Shown here in pieces: positions 8,970 through 18,365 of a stretch of 64,000 bases of DNA. This DNA is from Chloroflexota bacterium (lineage in GTDB: Bacteria; Chloroflexota; Limnocylindria; Limnocylindrales; CSP1-4): the NCBI GenBank assembly GCA_021802585.1, contig JAJZRQ010000002.1, forward strand, positions 7,919 through 71,918, written 5' to 3'. Numbering within the stretch: position 1 is the first letter of the stretch; every line of letters starts with the position of its first letter. The notes under the pieces are model-generated. The model ran no database searches, was not told the origin of the DNA, and saw only the letters and a program-made list of their open reading frames with translations. The translations under genes were made by a program, and so were the position numbers.

Positions 8970-9905
8970 ATGGCGACGACCAGGCGGCCCGACGACGACG
9001 CGGCTCCCGGACCGGACGGACCGCCCCGGGGGGCGGACGCGCGCCAGCACGTCGTCATCCTCTCGGGCCTCTCGGGAGCCGGGAAGACGGCCGCGACGAA
9101 GCTCTTCGAGGACCTCGGCTACGCCTGCGTCGACAACCTCCCGGGCGAGCTCCTCCCCGACCTGGCCGACCTCATCGCCGGCGACCCGTCGCGGTTCGAG
9201 CGCGTCGCGGTCGTCCTCGACGTCCGGGCCGGGGACGCGCCGGTCGCCTTCGCGGCGATGCGCGGGGCGCTCGAGGGCCGCGGGATCCGGCCGCAGGTCT
9301 TCTTCCTCGAGGCCCGCGACGAGGCGCTCATCCGGCGCTACTCGGAGACGCGCCACCGGCACCCCCTCGCGGGGAGCGACGGGATCGCGGCCGGGATCGC
9401 CGAGGAACGGCGGCTCCTCGAGCCGGTCCGCGCCGAGGCCGACGTCATCCTCGACACCTCGGACCTCTCGCTCCGCGAGCTGCGGGAGCGGATCTTCGGC
9501 CAGCTCTGGAGTGACGTGGAGCCGGACCAGCTCTCGATCCAGCTCGTGAGCTTCGGGTACAAGTTCGGGATCCCGCTCGAGGCCGACCTCGTCCTCGACG
9601 TCCGGTTCCTCCAGAACCCGTACTACGTCCCGGAGCTCCGGCGCCTCTCGGGCCTCACCGACCCCGTCCGGGCGTACGTCCTCGACCAGCCCCTGGCCCG
9701 GCGGTTCGTCGCGGCGGTCGAGGAGCTCCTCGAGCTCACGATCCCGGCGTACGTGGGGGAGGGGAAGACGCGCCTCACGATCGCGATCGGGTGCACCGGC
9801 GGCTACCACCGCTCGATCGCGCTCGCCGAGGTCTTCGCCGCATGGCTCGCGGAGCGCGACTACGGACCCGTGAGCGTCTTCCACCGGGAGCTCGAGCGGC
9901 GGTGA
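8970..9905 (+). CDS. rapZ: RNase adapter / nucleotide-binding protein RapZ (YvcJ)
   Basis: P-loop VVILSGLSGAGKTAA and family length; followed by yvcK and whiA as in Gram-positive genomes. Confidence 0.9.
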   Translation: MATTRRPDDDAAPGPDGPPRGADARQHVVILSGLSGAGKTAATKLFEDLGYACVDNLPGELLPDLADLIAGDPSRFERVAVVLDVRAGDAPVAFAAMRGALEGRGIRPQVFFLEARDEALIRRYSETRHRHPLAGSDGIAAGIAEERRLLEPVRAEADVILDTSDLSLRELRERIFGQLWSDVEPDQLSIQLVSFGYKFGIPLEADLVLDVRFLQNPYYVPELRRLSGLTDPVRAYVLDQPLARRFVAAVEELLELTIPAYVGEGKTRLTIAIGCTGGYHRSIALAEVFAAWLAERDYGPVSVFHRELERR

Positions 9906-9909
9906 GGCC

Positions 9910-11220
9910 GTGAACCTCCGGCGCTGGCTCCGGCCCGGGATCGGCGTGAAGCGGTGGCTCGCCGTCTCGTTCGCCGGGCTCACCCTGCTCGCCCTCGCCG
10001 GGGCGCTCGCCCTCCGCCAGCTCTACCGCGATGTCGAGGTCGAGGGACCGGCGCAGGGCCTCATCTACGTCGTCACGCTCCAGTTCCTGCCGTACGGGCT
10101 CCGGGCGGCGCTCCTCCTCGCGGTCGGTGCCGCCCTCTTCGCGTATGGCGCCTCGCGGGTCGCGCGGGCGCTCCTCGGGCCGTTCCGGGAGAGCGCGGAC
10201 GAGCCGCTCGTCGACCTCGTCTACCGGCGGCGCCTCCTCGCCCGCGGGCCGCGGATCGTCGCGATCGGCGGCGGGACCGGGCTGTCGACACTCCTCCGTG
10301 GCCTCAAGGGGCACACCGCGAACCTCACCGCGATCGTCTCCGTCGCCGACGACGGCGGCTCGACCGGCCGCCTCCGCGAGCAGCTCGCGATCCCGGCGGT
10401 CGGCGACATCCGGAACTGCCTCGTCGCCCTCGCCGAGACAGAGCCGGCGATGGGGGAGCTCCTGCAGTACCGGTTCGGGAGCGACGAAGGGAGCCTCGCC
10501 GGCCATGCGGTCGGGAATCTCCTCATCGCCGCCGCGAACGCGATCGACGGGGGCGACTTCGAGGCGGCGATCCGCCAGATGAACCGCGTCCTCGCCGTCC
10601 GCGGGAGCGTCGTCCCGGCGTCGGGCACGCCCCTCACGCTCCACGCCCGCCTCCGCGACGGGTCGGAGGTCGCCGGGCAGTCGCGGATCATGCGCCTCCG
10701 GGGGATCGAGCAGGTGTGGGTCGAGCCGGGCGACGTCCGTGCCGGCCGCGACGCGATCCGGGCGATCGCCGACGCCGACCTCGTCGTCCTCGGCCCGGGA
10801 AGCCTCTACACGAGCGTCCTCGCGACCGTCCTCGTCCCCGAGCTGCGGGCGGCCCTCGCGACGAGCCCGGCCCTCCGCGTCTACGTGGCGAACGTTGCCA
10901 CCCAGGCCGGCGAGACGGAGGGCTACGACCTCGCCGACCACGTCGAGGCGCTCGGGGCCCACGGCGTCGCGGACCTCGTCGACGTCGTCCTCGCGAACAG
11001 CCGAATCGTCGGGACGGGGCCCGACGCCGAGCTCGGCGTCCCCGTGAAGCTGCGCTGGCCGCCGATCGGCGCCGCGCACCGTCCCCGGCTCGTCCTCGAC
11101 GACGTCGTCGACCCCGCACGACCGCACCACCACGACCCGGCGCTCGTCGCCGCCGCTCTCGTCCGCCTGTTCGGGCGCGAGGCCGGGATCCGGCGGGGCG
11201 GGATCGCCCGCAGCGCCTGA
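9910..11220 (+). CDS. yvcK: YvcK/CofD-like gluconeogenesis factor with N-terminal 2-TM extension
   Basis: PRIVAIGGGTGLSTLLRGLK, ADDGGSTGRLR and LVVLGPGSLYTS motifs. The first ~115 aa contain two hydrophobic helices. Confidence 0.85.
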   Translation: MNLRRWLRPGIGVKRWLAVSFAGLTLLALAGALALRQLYRDVEVEGPAQGLIYVVTLQFLPYGLRAALLLAVGAALFAYGASRVARALLGPFRESADEPLVDLVYRRRLLARGPRIVAIGGGTGLSTLLRGLKGHTANLTAIVSVADDGGSTGRLREQLAIPAVGDIRNCLVALAETEPAMGELLQYRFGSDEGSLAGHAVGNLLIAAANAIDGGDFEAAIRQMNRVLAVRGSVVPASGTPLTLHARLRDGSEVAGQSRIMRLRGIEQVWVEPGDVRAGRDAIRAIADADLVVLGPGSLYTSVLATVLVPELRAALATSPALRVYVANVATQAGETEGYDLADHVEALGAHGVADLVDVVLANSRIVGTGPDAELGVPVKLRWPPIGAAHRPRLVLDDVVDPARPHHHDPALVAAALVRLFGREAGIRRGGIARSA

Positions 11221-11224
11221 TCCG

Positions 11225-12076
11225 GTGGCCGACGCCGACCGGGCCCTCGTGGCCGCGCTCCGCGCGGAGCTCGCGGCGATCGATCCCGCGCGGGCCTGCG
11301 ACCGGGCGGCGGAGGTCGCGGGGCTCGGCTCGGCCGCGGTCCGCGGCGACCGGCCGGCGCTCGGGCGCCTCATGGTCCGGCTCCTCCGCGAGGTGCCCCC
11401 GGCCGTGCCGTTCCGCTGGGAGGCGGCGGCCGATCACTGCCGGGCGGCCTGGCTCCGCGGCTGCTTCCTCGCCCGCGGCTCGCTCTCGATCGGACACGGG
11501 CGGCTCCATCTCGAGTTCGTCGTTCCCGTCGAGGAGGCCGCGCCCCTCGCGGCGCGCCTCGCGGCCGTCGGCCTCCCCGCCGGCGTCCGGACGCGCCGCG
11601 GCCGGGGCGTCGTGACGTGGAAGGGCGCGGACGAGATCGGGACGTTCCTCCGCTGGATCGGGTCGAGCGCGTCGCTCCTCGAGCTCGAGTCGCGCCAGGT
11701 GGCGCGGGCGGTCCGGGGCGACCTCAACCGGCTCCTCAACGCCGAGTCGGCGAACCTCGAGCGCGCCGCGGCGGCGGCGGCGCGCCAGCTCGACGCGATC
11801 GCGATGCTCGAGGCCGACGGCCGGCTCGCCGGGCAGCCGGAGGTGGTCCGCGCCGTCGCCGCGCGCCGGCGGACGACGCCCGAGGCATCGCTCGGCGAGC
11901 TCGCGGAGGAGCTGCAGGTCCCGCGGGGGCGCGTCCAGCGGGCCCTCGAGCGGATCGAGTCGCTCGCGCTCCACCCGGCCGACGAGGGCGGGATCGCCAC
12001 CCGGGGTCGGCGGGCCGAACGGCCCGGGCACGACGGGCCGCGCGCCCCGTCGGGTCGCGGCGCCGTGGTGGCATGA
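11225..12076 (+). CDS. whiA: Sporulation/cell-division regulator WhiA
   Basis: Position after rapZ-yvcK, LAGLIDADG-like core and C-terminal HTH ([28 protein letters not shown]). Confidence 0.85.
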   Translation: MADADRALVAALRAELAAIDPARACDRAAEVAGLGSAAVRGDRPALGRLMVRLLREVPPAVPFRWEAAADHCRAAWLRGCFLARGSLSIGHGRLHLEFVVPVEEAAPLAARLAAVGLPAGVRTRRGRGVVTWKGADEIGTFLRWIGSSASLLELESRQVARAVRGDLNRLLNAESANLERAAAAAARQLDAIAMLEADGRLAGQPEVVRAVAARRRTTPEASLGELAEELQVPRGRVQRALERIESLALHPADEGGIATRGRRAERPGHDGPRAPSGRGAVVA

Positions 12077-12873
12077 TCTGGGCCATGCGACCGATCGTCA
12101 TCGCCGCCAACTGGAAGATGAACACGACCCCCGCCGACGCCGGCGAGCTCGCCCGCGCGATCGCCGGGCGGACACGCGAGCCGGACGTCGTGCGGGTCAT
12201 CTGCCCGCCGTTCGTCTGCCTCGCCGCCGTCCGCGACGCCGTCGCCGGAGAGGGGATCGGGGTCGGGGCCCAGAACGTCCACGGCGAGCTCGCCGGGGCC
12301 CATACCGGCGAGGTGAGCGCCCCGATGCTCGCGGGCCTCGCGACGTGGGTGATCCTCGGCCACTCCGAGCGGCGGCGCGACGCCGGCGAGACGGACGAGA
12401 TCATCGGGCGCAAGCTCCGACGCGCCGTCGACGGCGGCCTGCGCCCCATCCTCTGCGTCGGCGAGCAGCTCGCCGAGCGCGAGGGCGGCCGGGCCGAGGA
12501 GGTCGTCGCGACCCAGCTCCGCGGCGCGCTCGAGGGCCACGACCCGGCGGAGCTCGCCCGCGCCGGCCTCGTCATCGCGTACGAACCGGTCTGGGCGATC
12601 GGCACGGGGCGGAACGCCTCCGGCGCGGACGCCGGGGCGATGGCCGAGGCGATCCGCCGCGTCCTCCGTGCGGCGGGCTGGGGCACCCTTGCCGAGGCGA
12701 CGCCGGTCCTCTACGGCGGGAGCGCCACGAGCGCGAACATTGCCGAGTTCCTCGCCGAGCCGGCCGTCGACGGCGCGCTCGTCGGGGGCGCCTCCCTCAA
12801 GCCCGACGAGATGGCCGGGATCGTCGCCCGGGCCGCGGTCACGGCCGCCGCCCGGCGAGCGGCCGCCGGCTGA
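12073..12873 (+). CDS. tpiA: Triosephosphate isomerase
   Basis: [17 protein letters not shown] and [11 protein letters not shown] motifs. ATGA overlap with the whiA stop; ATG 12085 is an alternative start. Confidence 0.92.
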   Translation: MIWAMRPIVIAANWKMNTTPADAGELARAIAGRTREPDVVRVICPPFVCLAAVRDAVAGEGIGVGAQNVHGELAGAHTGEVSAPMLAGLATWVILGHSERRRDAGETDEIIGRKLRRAVDGGLRPILCVGEQLAEREGGRAEEVVATQLRGALEGHDPAELARAGLVIAYEPVWAIGTGRNASGADAGAMAEAIRRVLRAAGWGTLAEATPVLYGGSATSANIAEFLAEPAVDGALVGGASLKPDEMAGIVARAAVTAAARRAAAG

Positions 12874-12926
12874 CCCCCCCAGCGCGCCGGGCGGGCCGTC
12901 CGGCGCCGAACCTCCGGAGCCGCCCC

Positions 12927-13679
12927 ATGCCGACCCTCGTCCTCCTCCGCCACGGCGAGAGCGCCTGGAACAAGGAGAACCGCTTCACCGGCTGGACCGA
13001 CGTCGACCTCTCGAAGGCGGGCGTCGCCGAGGCGCGCGAGGCCGGGCGCCTCCTCCGCGCCGGGGGCTTCCGCTTCGACATCGCCTACACGTCGCTCCTC
13101 CGGCGGGCGATCCGGACCCTCTGGATCACGCTCGACGAGCTCGACCAGATGTGGCTTCCGGTCGTCGGCTCGTGGCGCCTGAACGAGCGCCACTACGGGG
13201 CGCTCCAGGGCCTCGACAAGGCGGAGACGGCGGAGAAGTTCGGGAACGCCCAGGTGAAGGCCTGGCGCCGGAGCTACGACGTCCCGCCGCCGCCCCTCGA
13301 CCTCGACGACGAGCGCTATCCGGGCCGCGACCCGCGGTACGCGAGCCTCCCCCCGGCCGAGATCCCCCGCTCGGAGTCGCTGAAGGACACGGTCGCGCGC
13401 TTCCTCCCGCTCTGGGACTCCGACATCGCCCCGGCCCTCCGCGATGGCCGGCGCGTCCTCGTCGTGGCCCATGGGAACAGTCTCCGGGCCCTCGTGAAGT
13501 ACCTCGACGGGATCTCCGACGAGGAGATCGTCGGCCTCAACATCCCGACGGGCGTCCCGCTCGCCTATGACCTCGACGACGCCCTCCGGCCGCGGTCGAG
13601 CCGCTACCTCGGCGACGCGGCCCGGGCCGCGGCCGCCGCGGCCGCGGTCGCGGCCCAGGGCACGGCGCGGCAGCCCTGA
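12927..13679 (+). CDS. gpmA: 2,3-bisphosphoglycerate-dependent phosphoglycerate mutase
   Basis: [39 protein letters not shown] and [11 protein letters not shown] motifs. Start is ATG 12927 within track ORF 12345-13679. Confidence 0.93.
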   Translation: MPTLVLLRHGESAWNKENRFTGWTDVDLSKAGVAEAREAGRLLRAGGFRFDIAYTSLLRRAIRTLWITLDELDQMWLPVVGSWRLNERHYGALQGLDKAETAEKFGNAQVKAWRRSYDVPPPPLDLDDERYPGRDPRYASLPPAEIPRSESLKDTVARFLPLWDSDIAPALRDGRRVLVVAHGNSLRALVKYLDGISDEEIVGLNIPTGVPLAYDLDDALRPRSSRYLGDAARAAAAAAAVAAQGTARQP

Positions 13680-13708
13680 GGACCGCGGCCGACCGCGCCG
13701 CGGCCATG

Positions 13709-13717
13709 TGCTACGAT
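13709..13717 (+). promoter_or_regulatory. Candidate extended -10 (TGcTACGAT) for secG
   Basis: Intergenic catgTGcTACGATccc; GGAGG at 13737-13741 precedes GTG 13753. Confidence 0.4.
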
Positions 13718-13752
13718 CCCGCGCGGCCCACCTGCTGGAGGATCCCCCGAGA

Positions 13753-13983
13753 GTGAACCCGTTTCTGGCGATCGGCCAGGTCATCGTCAGCGTCGCCCTC
13801 ATGGTCGCCATCCTGCTCCAGGCGCGCGGGACCGGCCTCTCCGGGGCCTTCGGCGGCGACTCCGCCGTCTACCGCAGCCGCCGCGGGATCGAGCGCCGGC
13901 TGTGGCAGTTCACGATCGTCCTCGCGGTCCTCTTTGCGATCTTCTCCCTCGCGAGCTACGGCTTCGCACCGTCGGCGGCCTGA
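13753..13983 (+). CDS. secG: Preprotein translocase subunit SecG
   Basis: 76-aa two-TM protein with the LLQARGTGLSGAFGG motif; typical position downstream of tpiA. Confidence 0.8.
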   Translation: MNPFLAIGQVIVSVALMVAILLQARGTGLSGAFGGDSAVYRSRRGIERRLWQFTIVLAVLFAIFSLASYGFAPSAA

Positions 13984-14013
13984 GCCGGCCGGCTCCCCCG
14001 GCGGGCCCGTCCC

Positions 14014-15696
14014 GTGAACCGGCGCGACGGCGCCGTCGTCGTCGCCCTCGTCGCCGTCCTCGCGACCCTCGCGGGCGCCGTCGTCGCGCCCGCGCTGGGA
14101 CCGGCGCCCTCGCCCTCCGCGGCACCGACGGCGCCGCCCGAGGTCGGGCACGTCCAGGGGGTCGTCGGCCGCCCCTCGTCGATCACGCCGCTGACGGCGC
14201 GGACGCAGGTCGACCGCGACCTCGTGGCGCTCCTCTTCCGGGGCCTCGTCCGGCTCGGCCCGGGGAACACCGTCCTCCCGGATCTCGCCGACCGCTGGAC
14301 GGTCGAGGAGAAGGGGGCCCGCTGGACGTTCCACCTCCGGTCGGACGCCGTGTGGCATGACGGGGCGCCCGTCACGAGCGCCGACGTCGTCTACACCGTC
14401 CGGGTCCTCCACGATCCCGACTACGCGGGGGCCCTCGCCGCGACGTGGGCGCAGGTCCAGGCGACGGCCCTCGACGAGCGCACGGTCCGCTTCGACCTCG
14501 GCGACCCGGTCGGCGGCTTCCTCCAGGCGGCCACGCTCCCGCTCATGCCGGCCCACATCCTCGACGGCACCCCGGTCGCCGCGCTCGCCGACGACCCCTT
14601 CGCGACGGCGCCGATCGGGAACGGCGCGTTCGCCCTCGTCGAGCTGACCGCCACGGAGGCCGTCCTCGAGCCGGTCCTCCCGTCGGTGGAGGCAGGTGGG
14701 CCGCTCGAGGACCCGACGGCGGGGGAGCCGTCCGTCCGGACCCCGCGCCTCGCGCGCCTCGTCCTCCGCTTCTACGACACTCCCGCGGCGCTCGGGCAGG
14801 CGCTCGCCGCCGGCGAGGTGGGTTCGGCGGCCGACCTTCCGCCCGCCGAAGCGGTCGCCCTCGCCGCCGCGACACCCGGCGCCAGCCTCGTCCGGTATCC
14901 GTCGACGACGCTCACCGCGCTCGCCTTCAACCTCCGCACGGCGCGCGGGCCGTTCGCCGACCAGCGGACCCGCCGCGCGCTCCTCGCGGTCCTCAACCGC
15001 ACGGACATGATCACCGACCTCCTCGGCGGCGCCGGGACGCGCGCCGCCACACCGATCCCGCCGTCGTCCTGGGCCTTCGATGCGGCCGCCGCCCCGGAGA
15101 TTTCCTACGACCGCTCCGCCGCGATCACGCTCCTCCGGGACGTGGGCTGGAAGCGCCCCGCCGGGGCGTGGATCCCGCCGGGCGCGACGAAGCCGCTCGC
15201 CGTGGCCCTCCTCGCCCCCGAGCAGGCGGCGAGCCCGATCGTGTACGCGACGGCCCGGCGCGTCGCGGCGGCGTGGACGGCGCTCGGGCTGGCGACGACG
15301 GTCGAGGCGCTCCCCCCGCGGGAATTCGTCGACCGGCTGCGGGCCGGCGAGTACATGGCGGCGGTCGTCGACGTGAACATGGGCCTCGACCCCGACCCGT
15401 ACCCGATCCTTGCCTCGACCCAGGCACGGACCGGCGGCGCGAATGTCACCGGGATCCAGGACCCGGCCCTCGACAAGGCCCTCGTCGCCGCCCGGGCGCC
15501 CGGCACCGTGACGACGCGCCTCAAGGCGTACAAGGCGCTCCAGGCGCTCCTCGGGGCCCTCCAGCCGATGCCGACGCTCTTCTTCCGCGACAGCGTCATG
15601 GTCGTCGGGCCGGACCTCAGCGGCCCGGTCTCCCGGCCGATCGCCGACCCCAGTGAGCGATTCTGGGACGTGATACGATGGCGATCCGGACGGTGA
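14014..15696 (+). CDS. ABC-transporter substrate-binding protein, family 5 (peptide/nickel type), orphan
   Basis: N-terminal hydrophobic anchor plus a family-5 SBP core (DLVALLFRGLVRLGPGNTVLPDLADRW, WHDGAPVTSADVVYT). No permease or ATPase genes are adjacent. Confidence 0.8.
   Translation: MNRRDGAVVVALVAVLATLAGAVVAPALGPAPSPSAAPTAPPEVGHVQGVVGRPSSITPLTARTQVDRDLVALLFRGLVRLGPGNTVLPDLADRWTVEEKGARWTFHLRSDAVWHDGAPVTSADVVYTVRVLHDPDYAGALAATWAQVQATALDERTVRFDLGDPVGGFLQAATLPLMPAHILDGTPVAALADDPFATAPIGNGAFALVELTATEAVLEPVLPSVEAGGPLEDPTAGEPSVRTPRLARLVLRFYDTPAALGQALAAGEVGSAADLPPAEAVALAAATPGASLVRYPSTTLTALAFNLRTARGPFADQRTRRALLAVLNRTDMITDLLGGAGTRAATPIPPSSWAFDAAAAPEISYDRSAAITLLRDVGWKRPAGAWIPPGATKPLAVALLAPEQAASPIVYATARRVAAAWTALGLATTVEALPPREFVDRLRAGEYMAAVVDVNMGLDPDPYPILASTQARTGGANVTGIQDPALDKALVAARAPGTVTTRLKAYKALQALLGALQPMPTLFFRDSVMVVGPDLSGPVSRPIADPSERFWDVIRWRSGR
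15671..15679 (+). promoter_or_regulatory. Candidate extended -10 (TGaTACGAT) for the first tRNA cluster
   Basis: Lies in the last codons of the SBP gene, about 40 nt upstream of tRNA-Leu(CAG). Confidence 0.35.
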
Positions 15697-15719
15697 CCCT
15701 CGCCGCCCGTATTGTCCGT

Positions 15720-15806
15720 GCCGAGGTGGCGGAACTGGTAGACGCGCTAGCCTCAGGAGCTAGTGCCCGCAAGGGCGTATGGGTTCAAATCCCGTCCTCG
15801 GTACCA
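15720..15806 (+). tRNA. tRNA-Leu (anticodon CAG), CCA encoded
   Basis: Hand-folded cloverleaf: acceptor gccgagg/cctcggt, anticodon loop cuCAGga, long variable arm, T-loop ttcaaat. Confidence 0.9.
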
Positions 15807-15832
15807 CGTCGGAACGGACTCGCGATGCACCT

Positions 15833-15917
15833 GCCCAGGTGGCGGAATTGGTATACGCGTACGTTTGAGGGGCGTATGAGGCAACTCATCCGGGTTCAAG
15901 TCCCGGCCTGGGCACCA
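15833..15917 (+). tRNA. tRNA-Leu (anticodon GAG), CCA encoded
   Basis: Acceptor gcccagg/cctgggc, anticodon stem tacgt/gcgta with loop ttGAGgg, long variable arm, T-loop ttcaagt. Confidence 0.88.
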
Positions 15918-15935
15918 TCATCCGGCAGACGGACG

Positions 15936-15959
15936 GGGCGGCTCCTCCCGGAGCCGCCC
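15936..15959 (+). terminator. Strong hairpin between tRNA-Leu(GAG) and tRNA-Val
   Basis: gggcggctcc-tccc-ggagccgccc: perfect 10-bp stem, then tcggcatttcc. Confidence 0.4.
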
Positions 15960-15991
15960 TCGGCATTTCCGGGCCCCGCGCCCGTCTTCCT

Positions 15992-16065
15992 GGGCGGTTA
16001 GCTCAGTCGGTCAGAGCGCCTCGCCTACACCGAGGAGGCCGGAGGTTCGAGCCCTCCACCGCCCA
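15992..16065 (+). tRNA. tRNA-Val (anticodon TAC), CCA not encoded
   Basis: Acceptor gggcggt/accgccc, anticodon stem cctcg/cgagg with loop ccTACac, T-loop ttcgagc. Confidence 0.88.
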
Positions 16066-16107
16066 CGACCCGGCGCCCATCGACCCGCCGCCACCGCGCG
16101 GCGGGCG

Positions 16108-16113
16108 TACACT
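16108..16113 (+). promoter_or_regulatory. Candidate -10 (TACACT) for lemA-htpX
   Basis: gcgTACACTcccccc in the gap between tRNA-Val and lemA; GGAGGG lies just before ATG 16158. Confidence 0.35.
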
Positions 16114-16157
16114 CCCCCCGACGCGGCAAGCGCCGCGGCGTGCCACCCGGAGGGACC

Positions 16158-16724
16158 ATGGAGCTCGGGATCATCCTCCTCGTCATCGTCGTCGTCCTCG
16201 TGGCCATCGGCGTGCTCCTCTACAACGGGCTCGTCACGAGGCGCAATCGCGTCGACGAGGCCGTCGGGCAGATCGAGGTCCAGCTCAAGCGGCGCCACGA
16301 CCTCGTGCCCAACCTCGTCGCGGCCGTGAAGGACGTCATGGGCTTCGAGCAGGACGTCCTCACGCGCGTCACGGAGGCCCGGGCGAACGCCGTGGCGGCC
16401 GGGGCCCAGGGGACGGTCACGCGAGAGCAGGTCCGGGCCGAGAACCAGCTGAGCGGCGCGCTTCGCTCGCTCTTCGCGGTGGCCGAGAGCTACCCGCAGA
16501 TTCGCTCGAACGAGAACGTCCTCGCCCTCCAGGAGCAGCTCACGACGACGGAGAACCAGATCAGCTTCGCCCGCCAGCACTACAACGCGACCGTCAACGA
16601 GTACAACACGACGATCCAGACGATCCCCTCGGTCCTCATCGCGGGGCCCCTCGGCTTCACCCGGCGCGAGTTCTTCGAGGCCGAGCCCGAGGCGGACCAG
16701 GTCCCGGTCGTCGCGCTGCGCTGA
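16158..16724 (+). CDS. lemA: LemA family membrane protein
   Basis: N-terminal TM then LYNGLVTRRNRVDEAVGQIEVQLKRRHDLVPNLV. ATG 16158 is preceded by GGAGGGA; the track ORF begins at 16140. Confidence 0.88.
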   Translation: MELGIILLVIVVVLVAIGVLLYNGLVTRRNRVDEAVGQIEVQLKRRHDLVPNLVAAVKDVMGFEQDVLTRVTEARANAVAAGAQGTVTREQVRAENQLSGALRSLFAVAESYPQIRSNENVLALQEQLTTTENQISFARQHYNATVNEYNTTIQTIPSVLIAGPLGFTRREFFEAEPEADQVPVVALR

Positions 16725-16773
16725 CGTCGAAACCGCCCGGCCGCCGGACGGCACGCGTCGCGCTCGACCCGCC

Positions 16774-17754
16774 ATGGCAGCATCCTTCTACAGCCAGGCC
16801 GCCGCGAACCGCCGGAACTCGTTCGTCCTCGTCGTCGTCATCGTCGCGCTCCTCGCCGCCCTCGGGGCGGCGATCGGGTACGGGACGACGGGCGCCGTCG
16901 AGGGGACGATCGGCTGGCTCGGCATCTTCGGCATCGTCGCGATCGCCTCGTCGCTCCTCGGGTACTTCAGCGGCGACCAGGTCGTCCTCGCGGCCTCGCG
17001 GGCCCGCCCGGCGTCCGAGGCGGAGGCCGGGCAGCTCTTCAACGTCGTCCGGGAGCTGACCCTCGCCGCCGGGATCCCGATGCCGAAGGTCTACCTCATC
17101 GAGGACACGGCTCTCAACGCCTTTGCCACCGGGCGCGACCCGGCCCACGCTTCGATCGCGGTCACGACCGGGCTCCTCGAGCGACTCGACCGCGAGGAGC
17201 TCCAGGGTGTCATCGGCCACGAGCTCTCCCACGTCCGGAACTACGACATCCGCTACGCGATGCTCGTCGGCGTCCTCGTCGGGACGGTCGCCCTCGTCGC
17301 CGACGTCTTCCTCCGGATGACCTTCTGGGGCGGGTTCGGCCGGCGCTCCTCGTCGAACGAGCGCGGCGGGGGAGGCGGGCTCCAGGCACTCATCTTCGTC
17401 CTCGCGATCGTCCTCGCGATCCTCGCCCCGTTCTTCGCCCGGCTCGTCCAGCTCGCGGTGAGCCGCCAGCGCGAGTACCTCGCGGACGCCAGCTCCGTCG
17501 AGCTCACCCGGAACCCGTACGGCCTCGAGCGGGCGCTGGCGACGATCGCCGACGACACCGAGGTGCTCGAGGTGGCGAACCGGGCGACCCAGCACCTGTA
17601 CTTCCGGAACCCGATCCGGCGGTTCGAGGAACGGTCGAAGGGCCTCTTCTCGACCCACCCGCCCATCGTCGAGCGGATCAACCGGCTCCGGACCCTCACC
17701 GGCGAGGCGCCGATCGGCACGGCGGGGCTGCCCGGCGCCCGGAGCGCCGACTAG
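16774..17754 (+). CDS. htpX: M48-family zinc metalloprotease HtpX homolog
   Basis: HExxH motif (IGHELSHVRNYD), four TM segments, C-terminal STHPPIVERI; a known lemA-htpX pairing. Confidence 0.88.
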   Translation: MAASFYSQAAANRRNSFVLVVVIVALLAALGAAIGYGTTGAVEGTIGWLGIFGIVAIASSLLGYFSGDQVVLAASRARPASEAEAGQLFNVVRELTLAAGIPMPKVYLIEDTALNAFATGRDPAHASIAVTTGLLERLDREELQGVIGHELSHVRNYDIRYAMLVGVLVGTVALVADVFLRMTFWGGFGRRSSSNERGGGGGLQALIFVLAIVLAILAPFFARLVQLAVSRQREYLADASSVELTRNPYGLERALATIADDTEVLEVANRATQHLYFRNPIRRFEERSKGLFSTHPPIVERINRLRTLTGEAPIGTAGLPGARSAD

Positions 17755-17853
17755 GGCCGCCCGCCGCCGGGCCGGCCACGCGCCGTCCCGGTTGGCCGCC
17801 TGCGGCCGCCGTTCCGGGGGGCCGTGACTTCCTTGCGGCCCCTCGCTGCTTCG

Positions 17854-17862
17854 TGGTACCGT
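17854..17862 (+). promoter_or_regulatory. Candidate extended -10 (TGgTACCGT) with TTGCGG -35 for the second tRNA cluster
   Basis: TTGCGG (17833-17838), 18-nt spacer, then TGgTACCGT; tRNA-Phe starts about 42 nt downstream. Confidence 0.4.
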
Positions 17863-17903
17863 TTCGGCCGCCGACGGGCGGAGACGCCCGGCGAGGCCTG
17901 CGG

Positions 17904-17979
17904 GCCGAGATAGCTCAGTCGGTAGAGCACGCGACTGAAAATCGCGGTGTCGCCAGTTCGAATCTGGCTCTCGGCACCA
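17904..17979 (+). tRNA. tRNA-Phe (anticodon GAA), CCA encoded
   Basis: Acceptor gccgaga/tctcggc, anticodon loop ctGAAaa, T-arm gccag-ttcgaat-ctggc. Confidence 0.9.
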
Positions 17980-18004
17980 CCCGCCCCGCGTCGCGGCGGT
18001 TCGA

Positions 18005-18080
18005 GCGGAAGTGGCTCAGTTGGTAGAGCATCACCTTGCCAAGGTGAGGGTCGCGGGTTCGAGTCCCGTCTTCCGCTCCA
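18005..18080 (+). tRNA. tRNA-Gly (anticodon GCC), CCA encoded
   Basis: Acceptor gcggaag/cttccgc, anticodon stem tcacc/ggtga with loop ttGCCaa. Confidence 0.9.
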
Positions 18081-18117
18081 CTCTCCTTCCCGACAACCTG
18101 CGCTGGCCCCGCGCCGC

Positions 18118-18191
18118 TGGCCCTTCGTCTAGTGGTAGGACAGCGGACTTTGGATCCGTGAACCGAGGTTCGAATCCTCGAGGGCCAGCCA
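18118..18191 (+). tRNA. tRNA-Gln (anticodon TTG), CCA encoded
   Basis: Acceptor tggccct/agggcca (U1-A72), anticodon stem gcgga/tccgt with loop ctTTGga. Confidence 0.88.
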
Positions 18192-18200
18192 GCATTCCGC

Positions 18201-18277
18201 GGCGACGTGGCGAAGTGGCCTAACGCGGGGGTCTGCAAAACCCTTATTCATCGGTTCGAATCCGATCGTCGCCTCCA
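18201..18277 (+). tRNA. tRNA-Cys (anticodon GCA), CCA encoded
   Basis: Acceptor ggcgacg/cgtcgcc, anticodon loop ctGCAaa, T-arm tcgg-ttcgaat-ccga. Confidence 0.88.
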
Positions 18278-18290
18278 CCCCTCGCGCAGC

Positions 18291-18313
18291 GAGCCGGCCC
18301 GCGGGGCCGGCTC
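18291..18313. terminator. Hairpin between tRNA-Cys and the converging minus-strand gene
   Basis: gagccggccc-gcg-gggccggctc: perfect 10-bp stem with no U-tract. It could terminate both directions. Confidence 0.35.
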
Positions 18314-18365
18314 GTCGACGTCGTGCCCGGGTCCCTCCGCCCGGATGAGCGCCGCGCGGGCTGCC

